From contig CAWIXE010000002.1 in assembly GCA_963840035.1 (NCBI GenBank), forward strand, positions 1,632,001-1,696,000: a DNA stretch of 64,000 nucleotides, given 5' to 3'. This stretch comes from a candidate division FCPU426 bacterium. GTDB lineage: Bacteria > Oederibacteriota > PGYV01 > Palsa-1178. A program made the translations under genes and the position numbers. The notes under the pieces were generated by a model. That model saw nothing but the letters and a program-made list of their open reading frames with translations, ran no database searches and had not been told where the DNA came from. This document shows positions 53,478 through 64,000 of the stretch, piece after piece. Within the stretch, counting starts at the first letter, position 1; each line of letters begins with the position of its first letter.

Positions 53478-54880
53478 TCAGGCGTCGGCCGGAATGGCCT
53501 GCTGGGCGTCCATCATCTCGGCCATCACCATCCGGATGAACTCGTCGGCCTCGTCGGTCATCCCGCCGGCCACGCCCCCGTAGACGGCACCCGACTCCGG
53601 GTGTCTCGTCGGCGTGCTCCGCGGCGTAGGCCACCGCCTCGTCGAGGTCGGTGGCGAAGGCCTCGGACCACCGGGCCTGGGTCTGGGGCCGGGTGACCGC
53701 CATGTGCAGCGCATTGGGGTACTGCTGGCCGTTGAAGCGCCACCCGCGGCCGCGCATGAAGTCGTTCACGTGGTAGATGTCGAACTCGTCGGAGGTGAAG
53801 CTGAACAGGAAGGTCGGGATGCCCGAGGATCCGCAGTTCGGGGTGGGAGCGCACCGCCTCCTGCATGGCCGCGGAGGTCTCGAAGATCTCCTTGGCATAG
53901 CGCACGGTAGCCCTCGCGGCCGAGCTGGACCATCGACGCCCAGGTGGCGGCGAGCAGGCCACCTGAACGTGAGCCGTCCATGCCCGGCGAGCAGTACTTG
54001 CCGCCGCTCCAGTCGGTGATGAAGAAGTACTGCGCGTTGCGCACCGCCTTGTCCCGGAAGGTCAGGACCGAGGTGCCCTTCAGCGCGTACCCGTACTTGT
54101 GGGTGTCGGCCGAGATGGAGGTCACCCCCGGGAGCCGGTAGTCGAAGACGGGAATGTCGTAGCCCAGCTCCTGGCCGAAGGGGAGGATCAACCGCCGAGG
54201 CAGCCGTCCACGTGGAGTCCGACGCCCCGGTCGAGGGCGAGGTCGGAGAGGCGCCCCGATCGGGTCGATGGTGCCGTAGCCGTAGTTGCAGGCGGATCCG
54301 ACGAGGGCGACCGTGTCGGCGTCGATGTGCCGGCTCGACCCATCCGGTGTCGACCTCTGTGGTCTGCGGATCGACCGGAGCCACCCGCAGCTCGATCCCG
54401 AACAGGTGGCAGGCCTTGTCGAAGGCCGGATGGGCCGTCTCGGGTTTGATCACGTTGGGCCGGACGATGCCCCGGGTGGCGGCGGCATGGTCCCGGTAGG
54501 CGAGCATGGCGTGGCAGATGCTGCCGGTCCCGCCCGGAGGCCACCAGCCCGACCGGTTCACCGTCGGCGACCGCCTCTGCGTGGAGCAGGTCGAGGGTCA
54601 TGGCGATGATCTCGGACTCGAACTTGGTCGCACTCGGGCACATGTCCCGCTGGAGCACGTTGACGTGGGCGAACAGTCCGAACGCCTCGTTCAGGAAGCC
54701 GTAGTGATCGTGGTCGCCGCAGTACATGGTGCCCGAGCAGCGTCCCGACTCCCAGACCGGTCCTCCTCGCTCTGCGATCGACCGGAGGAGCTCGAGCACC
54801 TCTGCGCGTGGCGTGCCCGTCTCGGGCAGCGTGCGGTGGACCGCCAGCCGGTCGACGTAGGGGAAGGTGCTGATGGTGGC
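53478..54880 (-). CDS. PLP-dependent sphingosine-1-phosphate lyase-like decarboxylase, frameshifted
   Basis: SGTMY, AHPAFDKA, LHVDGCLGG, SADTHKYG, GSRSGG. Confidence 0.85.
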
Positions 54881-54968
54881 GACTCCTTCCGGACGTGCCG
54901 CGCTCCCGGTGAGGCCCGGACCCGTCTCACGGTACACGCGGGGGCGGACCGGTCGAGAGGCGGCTCGT

Positions 54969-56204
54969 TCAGGGTCGGCGACCGTTGGGCATCAGGTTGT
55001 CGAGGCCCCACTGGTCGAGGGCGTTGAGCTGCACCTGGTCGCCGGTCGCCTCCACGATCTGGTTTCCGCCCACGTAGATGGCCGTGTGGTCGACGCTCGT
55101 CCAGCCGACGTGGGTTCTCCCCAGAACACGAGGTCGCCGGCCACGAGGTCGTTGAGCGCCACCGGTGTGCCGGCTGTCTCGTACTGGTCGTCGGCGACCC
55201 GGGCGAAGCCGATGCCGGCTCCGTGGACCCACGAGGCGAGGGCCAGGCCCGAGCAGTCGTAGCCGACGGGGCCGTTCCCTCCCCAGATGTACGGCTTGCC
55301 GAGCTGCTGGAATGCGAAGAGCACCGCCCGGTCACCCGGGGTCACCGCGGAGAAGAGCAGCGCCTGGGAGGGGGGGTCCGCGTGGTCGCGTCCCCAAAGG
55401 CGGTCGCCGTCCCGTTCTGCTGGATGATCCAGTAGCCGTCGCCGGTGCCGGTGGCCACCAGCCGCGCTGTGGGCTCGGCCGAGCCCGGTCGGCGCCGTGG
55501 AAGCCGGCATCGCCGAAGGCGAAGATGCCCCCGTCGGACGCGACCATCCAATAGCCCCCACCGTTGGGGGTCGGCGCCATGCCGACGATGGGCTGATTGA
55601 GCACGAGATTGCCGGTCGACCCGTGGAACGCGGCGTCCCCGAACGAGAAGATGCCCCCGTCGGACGCCACGAGCCAGTAGCCGCGGCCGTCGGCAGTCGG
55701 CGCCATGCCCACGATGGGCTTGTTGAGCACGAGATTGCCGGTCGACCCGAAGAAGCTCGCGTCGCCGAAGGAGAAGATGCCCCCGTCGGAGGCCACGAGC
55801 CAGTAGCCACCACCGTCCGGGGTGGGCGCCACCCCCACGATGGGCTTGTTGAGCACGAGATTGCCGGTCGACCCGAAGAAGTGGGCGTCGCCGTAGCTGA
55901 ACACCCCTCCGTCGGAGGCGACGAGCCAGTAGCCGTGCGCCGGGGGTCGTGGCGGTCGCCACGACCGGTCGGTTGAGGGGTCCCGGGGGTGATCCGTACG
56001 CCGGGACGCCGAAGGCCTCGACAGGTCCGGCTGCGGTGGCCAGCCAGAACTCGGAGGAAACCGCCGAGGGAAGGCCGGTGACCGTGGTGTCGTGGGCGGA
56101 GACCCCGGCAGCCCCGCGGCACCGGTGCTGCGACGGCGCCGCCCACCACGGCCGCGATCAGGCCCAGGCCGACGCGCATCCACAGATTCCGTCTCTGAGA
56201 ACAT
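54969..56204 (-). CDS. NlpC/P60 peptidase with YWLVASDGG repeats, frameshifted
   Basis: 42-aa repeats [20 protein letters not shown] (126-bp period); [21 protein letters not shown]. Confidence 0.85.
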
Positions 56205-56324
56205 GCCCCAGCCCCTCGCACGCCCGTGTGACCGCGTTGATCACACCTAGAGTGATATTACCGCCACGTAGCGCGGTTTATCCAGTGCGATTTCGGCCCG
56301 ATGTGCCCGGTGGCTCGGGGAGGC

Positions 56325-57114
56325 TCAGCGCAGCGTGGCGATCCCGCCGTCGACCGGGATCACGGCCCCGGTGACGTAGGACCCGGCCCGCGAGGCGAGG
56401 AAGAGGGTCACCCCGGCCATGTCGTCTGGCCGGCCGATCCGCTTGAGCGGGGCCGAGGCGATGATCTGGTCGCCGAAGGCGTCGAGCGTGGCCGCCATCA
56501 TCTTCGACTCGAAGGGTCCCGGCGCCACGGCGTTGACGGTGATGGTCGGGGCCAGCCGCTTGGCCAGGTGGCGGGTCAGCTGGTGCACCGCCGCCTTCGA
56601 GGCCGAGTACGAGTAGGACTCGAGGGCCGGGACGTGGATCCCGTCGATCGACCCGATGTTGATCACCCGGGCGGGTCGTCTGGCGGACCCGCCGCCCCGA
56701 GGAGCGGCAGGAAGAACTTGGTGGTGTGGAAGACGCCCTGCACGTTGAGGTTGAGCACCCGGTCCCACGAGGCCGTGTCGTGCTCCTCCAGTGGCGCGCC
56801 CCAGGTGGCTCCGGCGTTGTTGACGAGCACATCGACCCGCGGTGTTCGGTCGCCACATCCTCTGCGAAGGTCCGTGCCCCCTCCTCGTGGGAGAGGTCGG
56901 CGACCATCCCGGAGCACGCGCCGAACGCAGAGAGCTCCGCAACCGCGCTCTCGACCGCGTCGGCCTTGCGAGAGGCCACGACGACGGTCGCCCCCGCGGC
57001 AACGAACCCGCCGCGATCATGCGACCGATCCCCCGGGTGCCCCCGGTGACCACGACGGTCTTTCCGGCCACCGAGAACAGCTCTGCCCGCGGGTGGGTGC
57101 TGTGCGTCGCTCAT
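56325..57114 (-). CDS. SDR oxidoreductase, frameshifted
   Basis: TGGTRGIG, NNAG, YSASK, VDGG. Confidence 0.88.
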
Positions 57115-57189
57115 GGCCTGCGACGGTATCCCACGCCGGGGTACCGGGCCGGCCGTGTTGGTAGGGTCCCGCGCGATGGGAGCGATCCG

Positions 57190-58348
57190 GTGCGCCTGGC
57201 GCTGACCGACGAGCAGGAGGAGCTCCGCCTCACCCTGCGCTCCTACTTCGCAGGTCTGGTGGAGGAGGTCGCGGGACCCGGCGATGGGCGACCCGACCTA
57301 CGTGCGCTACATCCGGCGGATGGGTGCGGACGGCTGGCTCGGCATCGGCTGGCCCGTCGAGTACGGGGGCCAGGCCCGCGGGCCGGTCGACCAGATGATC
57401 TTCGTCGAGGAGTCGCACTGGGCCGGGGTTCCCCTGCCGCTCCTCACCCTCAACAGCGTGGGCCCCGCCATCATGCGCTGGGCACCGACGAGCAGAAGCA
57501 GCGGATCCTCCCGGGCATCCTTCGGGGTGAGGTCCACTTCTCGATCGGCTACACCGAACCCACAGCCGGTACCGACCTGGCCGTCGCTGCGGACACGGGC
57601 CGTCCGCGACGGAGACGAGTACGTGATCAACGGTGAGAAGCTCTACACGAGTGCCATCCAGTACGCCGACTACGTCTGGCTGGCCGCCCGGACCGACCCG
57701 GATGTGCCCAAGCACAAGGGTCTCTCGGTCTTCATCGTGCCGACCGACACGCCCGGGTTCAGTTGGACCCCGCTGCCAACGGTGGCCGGCGAGTTCACCA
57801 GCTCGACCTACTACGAGGACGTGCGGGTGCCCGCCGCCAACCTGGTCGGCGGCGAGAACCAGGGGTGGACCCTCATGACCAACCAGCTCAACCACGAGCG
57901 GGTGGCCATCTGCCCGGTCTCCGGCATCCTGCGCAGCATCGACGAGGTCCGGAGCTGGGCCCGGGAGGAGTGCCTGCCCGACGGGCGCCGGGTCATCGAC
58001 CAGGAGTGGGTCCGGGTCCACCTGGCCCGGCTCTGGGCCCGGGCGGAGTACCTGAAGCTGCTCAACTGGAACGTGGCCTGGGCCGCGGACAAGGGGCTCA
58101 GCCCGGCCGACGCATCGGCCACCAAGGTCTACGGCAGCGAGTTCGCCCTCGAGGCGTATCGGCTCCTGCTCGAGATCGTGGGCCAGTCCGGCTACCTGCC
58201 CGAGGGTTCACCGGGTGCTGTGCTCCGGGGCCGGCTCGAGCAGCAGTCCCGGAGCCAGACCATCTTCACCTTCGGCGGCGGCACCAACGAGATCCAGCGC
58301 GACATCATCTCCTGGATCGGCCTCGGGATGCCCCGGGCACCCCGGTAG
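57190..58348 (+). CDS. Acyl-CoA dehydrogenase, frameshifted
   Basis: WPVEYGG, IGYTEPTAGTDL, INGEK, FGGGTNEIQR. Confidence 0.9.
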
Positions 58349-58373
58349 GCCGCCGGGCAGGGAAGGAGCAGTC

Positions 58374-59164
58374 GTGGAATTCGCATCCGTCGACGGCACG
58401 AAGATCGCCTATGACGACTCGGGCGGAGACGGTCCGGTCGTGCTGCTGGCCCACGGGTTGTTGATGGACCGGACCATGTTCGCACCGCAGGTGGAGGCGC
58501 TCCGGGACGGCTTCCGGGTCGTCACCTGGGACGCGCGGGGCTTCGGGGAGACCCTCTACGACGGGCGCCCGTTCACCTTCTGGGACCTTGCCGCGGACGG
58601 CCTCGGCCTCCTCGACGCGCTGGGGGTCGGGGAGGCGGTCGTGGGAGGCATGTCCCAAGGTGGCTTCGTCTCGCTCCGGATGGCCCTCCTCGCCCCCGAG
58701 CGGGTCCGCGCCCTCATCCTCCTCGACACCCAGGCCGGGACCGAGGATCCGGACGTCGTCCCGCTCTACCGGCAGATGATCGACGCATGGTCCTCCAACG
58801 GCCTCTCCGACGAGCTCGCCGAGGTGATCGCCTCGATCATCGTGGGGGAGCCCGAACTGTCGAAGGTCTGGATAGCCAAGTGGAAGGCCAGGCCCCGGGA
58901 ATCGATCGCCGCGCCCGGGGACGCGCCCTCATCGAACGGGATGACCTGACCGGACGACTGGGGGAGATCACCGCCCCGGCTCTGGTCGTGCACGGCACGG
59001 CCGACGCGGGCATCCCACTCGACCGGGCAGAGGCGCTTGCCGCGGGTCTGTCGGGTTCCGACGGGGTGCACATCGTCCAGGACGGCACCCACGCGGCCAG
59101 CCTGACCCATCCGGGAGCGGTCAACGACGCCATCGCGAGCTTCCTGCGGTCGGCCCTGGTCTGA
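58374..59164 (+). CDS. Alpha/beta hydrolase, frameshift near 58925
   Basis: HGLLMD, WDARGFG, GMSQGG, HGTAD, GTH. Confidence 0.85.
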
Positions 59165-59180
59165 GGGACCCGACGAGTCC

Positions 59181-60876
59181 CTAGGCCTGGGTCCGCGACC
59201 CGGTCGCGGTGGGCATGACCAGATGGACGCCGGTGAACGTGACCGCCCCTCCGAGGCGGGGCTGCGCGTACGCCACGGTAGTGGCCACGAGCTGGAGCTC
59301 GAGGTGCGAGGAGGCGCTGGCCGTGTACGCCACCATCTCGAGTGGCACCGAGGTGGCATGTGTCGACCCGTCGAGGGTCGACCGGGACGGGGGTGATCTG
59401 GTTGCCGAGGACGAGCCCGGTTGCCGTGTCCACCAGCTGGGCGAAGACCCGCGTGGGACGGGATCCGGTCCCGGCGGTCCCGTGGTAGGTCAGGGTCAGC
59501 CGGGGTGCTCCGACCAGCACCGCAGATCGCTCGACGGTGATCGGCACGTCGACCGCGTTGGTGGCCGGTGTGGGGGTGATCGGTGCGACCAGCCCGGAGA
59601 GCGTCTGGCTCGACGCACCCACCGGAATGGTGGTGAGCGGTCCAGCGCCGCCGGTGGCCACGAGCGGAAGGGTGCCCGATCCCGAGGCGGTGATCGGGGC
59701 GCCGGCCTGAGGCGGGTACGAGGGAGCCGTGTAGGTGGTGCCGTCCTGGTTCACGGAGCTGAACCCCGGTCCGGTGTCGACCGAGGTGTCTCGCTGCAGG
59801 TAGCGCTTGAGCCACGCCAGGGTGGCCTGTTCGCTGGCGAGAGGGTTGCCCGTCGGGGTAAGGCAGACTCCGTGGCCGCCGCAGAACCACTGCATGGCGG
59901 TGGGGACGTCATGGGCGCGCAGGATCTCGTAGTTGTCCACACCTTCCTGGAGGGTGAACAGCGTGTCGACGGTCCCCTGCACGAAGAGGGTCGGCACACG
60001 GATGCGGGCCACCAGGGCACCCGGTCCCCGGGCGGCGAACCAGGTGGCCTCGGTCGGGGTGATGGTGCCGCTCGCCTCGACGGTCCGGAAGGTGCCGGTC
60101 ACCTCGGGCGCCAGGTGGTCGGTCGTCGCGGCGCTGACCAGCACGCCCGCCCAGCCGATCTTCGGGGTGGACGCCTTGTCCAGGCTCGTACTGAGCGAGT
60201 GCCACGCGATGGTGGGCACGATGGCGTCGATCCGGCAGTCCGTCGCGGCGGCCACGAGCTGGATGCCGCCCCCGTAGGACCCACCGACCATCCCGACCCG
60301 CGGATCGCCGGGGGAGTCGAGCTGGACGCCGGGCATGGTTGCGAGCCAGTCGATGAGCGTGCTGACGTCCCGCCCCTCGTACGCCGGGCTGTCGACTTCG
60401 GCCAGGCCGCCCGAGGCGCCGAAGCCGCGCGGGTCCCAGGTGAGCACGTTGTAGCCGGCGTCGAGGAGGTCGCGGATCTGGATCCCGCCGAGGAGGGCGG
60501 TGGTCTGGGTGCTCACGGTCTGGGTGTCGGTATCGCCGGCGAGGCCCCAGCCCGGACCCATGAGGACGGTCGGGTGCGGACCGGTCCCGGAGCCGGGCAC
60601 GTCGTTCGAGAGGGGGAACCAGTGGGCACGGATGAGCGTGCCGTCGAAGGAGCGGACGGTCCAGTCGGTGCTCGACCCGGGCACCCGGGTCGCGACGACC
60701 GGGTGGGCCGGAACCGGGTAGTGACAGGCGGCGGCCGCCGCTGGGGGTGTCGGCCCCGAGGTCCCGCTGGCGGTGGAGGCCGACGAGCACCCGGCGAGGG
60801 GGCCCACGACCAGGACGAGGAGCGCGGCGATCCGCCACGTCCGGGGGAGCTGGGATCTGTGACCGGGGGAGCGCAC
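59181..60876 (-). CDS. CocE/NonD (S15) family hydrolase lipoprotein, frameshift near 59370
   Basis: Lipobox LAGC; WDPRGFG, GGSYGG, QGTVDTLF, GGHG. Confidence 0.8.
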
Positions 60877-60917
60877 GGGCGGAGTGTTGCACCGCCGGGT
60901 GGCTCCGGCAATCCGGG

Positions 60918-61259
60918 TCAACGGGTCAGTGGCGCCCGCGGCTCGTAGGGGCGGGGGGTCCCGAGCGGGTCGCGCGGGCCCTCCGTGCTCGCCGCGCGTT
61001 GCCGACCGGCCTCGTTGGGAGCGGGCCAGCCGATGTTCCGGAGATCGCGGATGCGGACGTGGAGCAGGTAGTCACGGCGTTGCCGCAGCTCCTCGACCTC
61101 GGCACGCTGACTCGTCGAGAGGGGCGCGCCGGTCTCCACGAGGCCCTGCATGAGCCGGTGGAAGGCGAGGTCCGCCTCGAGGTAGTTGGCGAGCGACGCC
61201 CGGAGCGCCTCCTGCACGTCCTGGGGAATCGCCGACACCGGGCCACCACCCTTCGACAC
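60918..61259 (-). CDS. Small hypothetical protein
   Basis: Helical, coding-like ORF on the same strand as its neighbours. Confidence 0.45.
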   Translation of the reverse strand: MSKGGGPVSAIPQDVQEALRASLANYLEADLAFHRLMQGLVETGAPLSTSQRAEVEELRQRRDYLLHVRIRDLRNIGWPAPNEAGRQRAASTEGPRDPLGTPRPYEPRAPLTR

Positions 61260-61355
61260 CCAGCCACCGCCCTTCGGAGATCTCGAGTTCGAGCGTACCC
61301 CCGGGATGGCGAGGGTTGGCGGATCTCGGGTGCGGGCGGGTCGTCCGGTGTGCGC

Positions 61356-63315
61356 TCAGCTCCGACGGGCCAGAGCCGCCAACCCGGGGAGGACCTTCGG
61401 TGCCATGAGGTCGCCGGCAGCGAAGGTGGTGTGGACCCCGTCGACCATGCGCACGACCTTTCCGTCGATCGTCCAGGTGAAGTGGCCCTTCGGGTCCATC
61501 AGGCGATTGAGCGGGATGACGGTGACGAAGCCGCGGTTGTGGGCCGCCACCTGCCCGATGATCGCGTTGAGCCGGTCGACCCGGGCGGGGTCGTCCTCGG
61601 GCCAGGGCTGTCCGTCGAGCTGCTCACCGCTGTCGAAGTAGGGAGCGGTGGTCAGCGCGACCTGGGCGCCCTCGGAGTGGAGCACGGTGACCGCGCGCTC
61701 GTACTGGATCGTCTCGTCGGCGGCCAGGTCCGGGTCGAGGAGGCTCTGCCACCGGCCCTCGTACCATTGGGTCATCGTCTCCCACCACCCCTCGGTCAAC
61801 ACCACGACACGTGGATGGAATTCGGTGAGGTACGACTTCCACAGGGTGGGCCAGGACGAGCACGGCGAGATCGGAGTGGTCGTGCCCCCGTGTTCGACGT
61901 AGGGGCCGTCGGTGGCCAGCCCGCAACCGGGCATCGGGCGGCCCTGGATCACGATGCCGTAGTGGGGCGCGGGGCGAGGAAGCCGCCGGCGAAGGTCAAC
62001 GAGAGCGAGTCGCCGACGAAGAGGATCGTGGGGTCGGTTCCGTCGCCACGGGTGGTCGACCGGACGTTGCTGGTGTTGAGGAGGAGGTTCTGGCGGGCCC
62101 CCCCGCCCACGGCGCCGACCGCCAGCACGGCGGTCACCGCGAGGATGCCGACCGGCACCAGGACCCAGGAGCGACGGCCCCGGAAGGACAGCTGGCGCAC
62201 CGGCCGCTCGACCAGGTACCACGAGCAGACGGCGAAGCCCAGGCTCACCGCGCACCGGAGCGCGAACAGTTCCAGGCCGTCGAGGCCGGTGCGGGCGTGG
62301 TCGATGACCAGGAAGATCGGCCAGTGCCAGAGGTAGAGGCCGTAGGAGATGCGCCCGAGGTATCTGACCGGACCGAGTGAGAGCGCCGCGCGAGACGAGG
62401 CTGCGAGGCGCCTTGGTGACTCCGAGGATGACCACTGCCACCAGGAGGTCGGCGAGCAGGAACCCGCCCCGGTAGAGGAGCGACGCGTCGCTCCCGGTCA
62501 CCCACCAGACGGCGGCGAATCCGATGACCGCCGTTGCGGCCAGACCCGAGTAGCTGCGGATGGCCGTCCGGCCCACCGCCGGTGTGCTCCGGCTGAGGAG
62601 GATGGCGGCCGCGGCCCCGACCAGGATGTCCTGGGCCCGGGTGTCGGTCCCCAAGTAGAGCCGGCTCGGATCCATCTGGTTGTGGTAGCGGAGGGCCATC
62701 TCGAGGGCCGAGAGGGCGATACCGGTCAGGGTCACCGCGAGCAGGACCCTGGTCGATCGCCGGAGGGTCAGGACTCCGAGCACCACGAGTGGCCAGAGCA
62801 CGTAGAACTGCTCCTCGATGGCCAGGGTCCAGGTGTGGAGGAGCGGGGAGAACGCGGACACGTGGGCGAAATAGCTCTGGCCGGTCACGATCTGGTGCCA
62901 GTTCCCGACGTAGAAGAGCGTGCTCAGGGCGTCGCCTCGCAGGGACGACTGGGTCCCGGCCGGGGCGAACAGCCAGGCGTAGAGGAGGATGCCGCCGAGG
63001 AGGACCAGCAGCGCAGGAAGCAGCCGCCGGGCGCGTCTGGCCCAGAAGGCGCCGAGTCGGATGGTCGCCGTCCGGGTCCACTCCTTGAGCAACAGGAGGG
63101 TGATCAGGAAGCCGCTCAGGACGAAGAAGACGTTGACCCCGAGGATTCCGCTCGGTGGCCCAGCCGAACCCGCCGTGATTGACCAGGACGCTCGCGATGG
63201 CGACCGCCCGCAGCCCGTCGAGCGCGGGCATGTACTCGAGTTGGACCCCGACCCCGAGCGCCGGGCCGGTCCCGGCAGGGGCGACCGTGTCCCCCTGCTG
63301 CGCCTGGCCGGTCAG
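61356..63315 (-). CDS. Acyltransferase-3 + SGNH O-acyltransferase (OafA/OatA-like), frameshifted
   Basis: PALDGLRAVA, FFVLSGFLIT, RRARRLLPA, HTWTLAIEEQFY, GDS, DGVH. Confidence 0.88.
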
Positions 63316-64000
63316 CGCCCGGCCTCCTCGCGCTGCCAGGTCGGGCCGCCCGGTGACCCGACGGGGGAGGGGAGTGGGATCCGGAAGACCCTGGCCGCGT
63401 TGTCCCGCAGGAACCTGGGCCACACCTCGTCCCGGAAGGGGACGTGCTCCATGTCGGCGAAGATCCGTTCGAGGGTGAGCCCCATCGGGTAGTACCCGGC
63501 GTACATCACCTTGTCCGATCCGCGGGTGTTGGCATAGTCGATGATCGCCTCCGGGTAGTGCTTCGGCGCGAACGCCGAGGTCATGTAGTGGAGCCCGGGC
63601 CACTTGAGCATGAGCTTGACCGCCAGCGCCTCCCAGGGTTCGCCACCGTGCCGCATGACGATCCGGAGCTCGGGGAAGTCGTAGCAGACGTCGTCGAAGT
63701 GCAGGACGTCCTGGCAAGCGGACGGGACCCGCGGCCCCGCGATCCCCGCATTGAGGACGATCGGCAGATCGAGGTCGATGCAGACCTGGTACACCGGGTA
63801 GTAGCGGCGGTCCGAGACCGGCACCTGCGGGGGCACCCGGCCGGGAAGGAGGTGACCGCCTTGATCCCGTGTTCGGCGTGCGCCTCGCGGATCGCCCGCA
63901 CCGTCCCGGTGATGTCGTTCGGGTCCACCTCGAGCCCGGCGACGAACCGGTCGGGGAACTCGCGGAGCGCCCGGGCTGCCGACTCCGACCCGAGGTGGAC
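63312..64000 (-). CDS. Amidohydrolase_2-family protein; 5' end lies outside the window
   Basis: NAGIAGPR, MRHGGEPW, SAFAPKHYP, DNAARVF. Confidence 0.8.
   Translation of the reverse strand, partial: PPRVGVGSPGAPRVPRPVRRRARGGPERHHRDGAGDPRGARRTRDQGGHLLPGRVPPQVPVSDRRYYPVYQVCIDLDLPIVLNAGIAGPRVPSACQDVLHFDDVCYDFPELRIVMRHGGEPWEALAVKLMLKWPGLHYMTSAFAPKHYPEAIIDYANTRGSDKVMYAGYYPMGLTLERIFADMEHVPFRDEVWPRFLRDNAARVFRIPLPSPVGSPGGPTWQREEAGR

Noticed and set aside
55500..55935. 126-bp DNA repeats as a non-coding array
   Set aside because: They encode the YWLVASDGG protein repeats of the NlpC/P60 gene
59209..62336. Long plus-strand ORFs (579 and 529 aa) and similar Arg/Pro/Gly-rich ORFs
   Set aside because: Antisense or off-frame artefacts of high GC, overlapping recognisable genes
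47844..64000. Alternative genetic code or programmed frameshifting
   Set aside because: The breaks are scattered indels rather than in-frame stops at conserved positions, with no consistent slippery motif

Overview
The window is two unrelated pieces of DNA joined at about 38,240. The left part (1-38,235) is moderate GC (hand counts near 45-50%) with mostly intact genes and consensus sigma70 promoters. Its Thr/Pro-stalk proteins with FlgD-type C-termini resemble those of Candidatus Goldbacteria-like lineages (inference). It carries metabolic and membrane genes, tRNA-Asn with a duplicated 3' end around an AT-rich gene, a lexA-orf83-dinB-DUF559-DUF72 cassette with a candidate novel LexA box, def, several families of palindromic and tandem repeats, three related large secreted proteins (two with alternating-Thr stalks showing a 22-residue period), and a 5'-truncated tamB-like gene. 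The right part (38,240-64,000) is high GC (60-70%+) and actinobacterial; its [15 protein letters not shown] NlpC/P60 protein points to Acidimicrobiia. It has many single-base frameshifts and encodes a PaaI thioesterase, a redoxin-TrxB fusion, two paralogous secreted proteins, a hydrolase-adenylate cyclase gene split by an ISL3 transposase, an IS256 remnant, ArsR-SRPBCC-truncated DHFR-like genes, two GGDEF-EAL genes and assorted lipid and redox enzymes. The best candidates for new biology are the Thr-stalk surface-protein locus and the SOS cassette with its operator. The junction is most likely an assembly or concatenation artefact.
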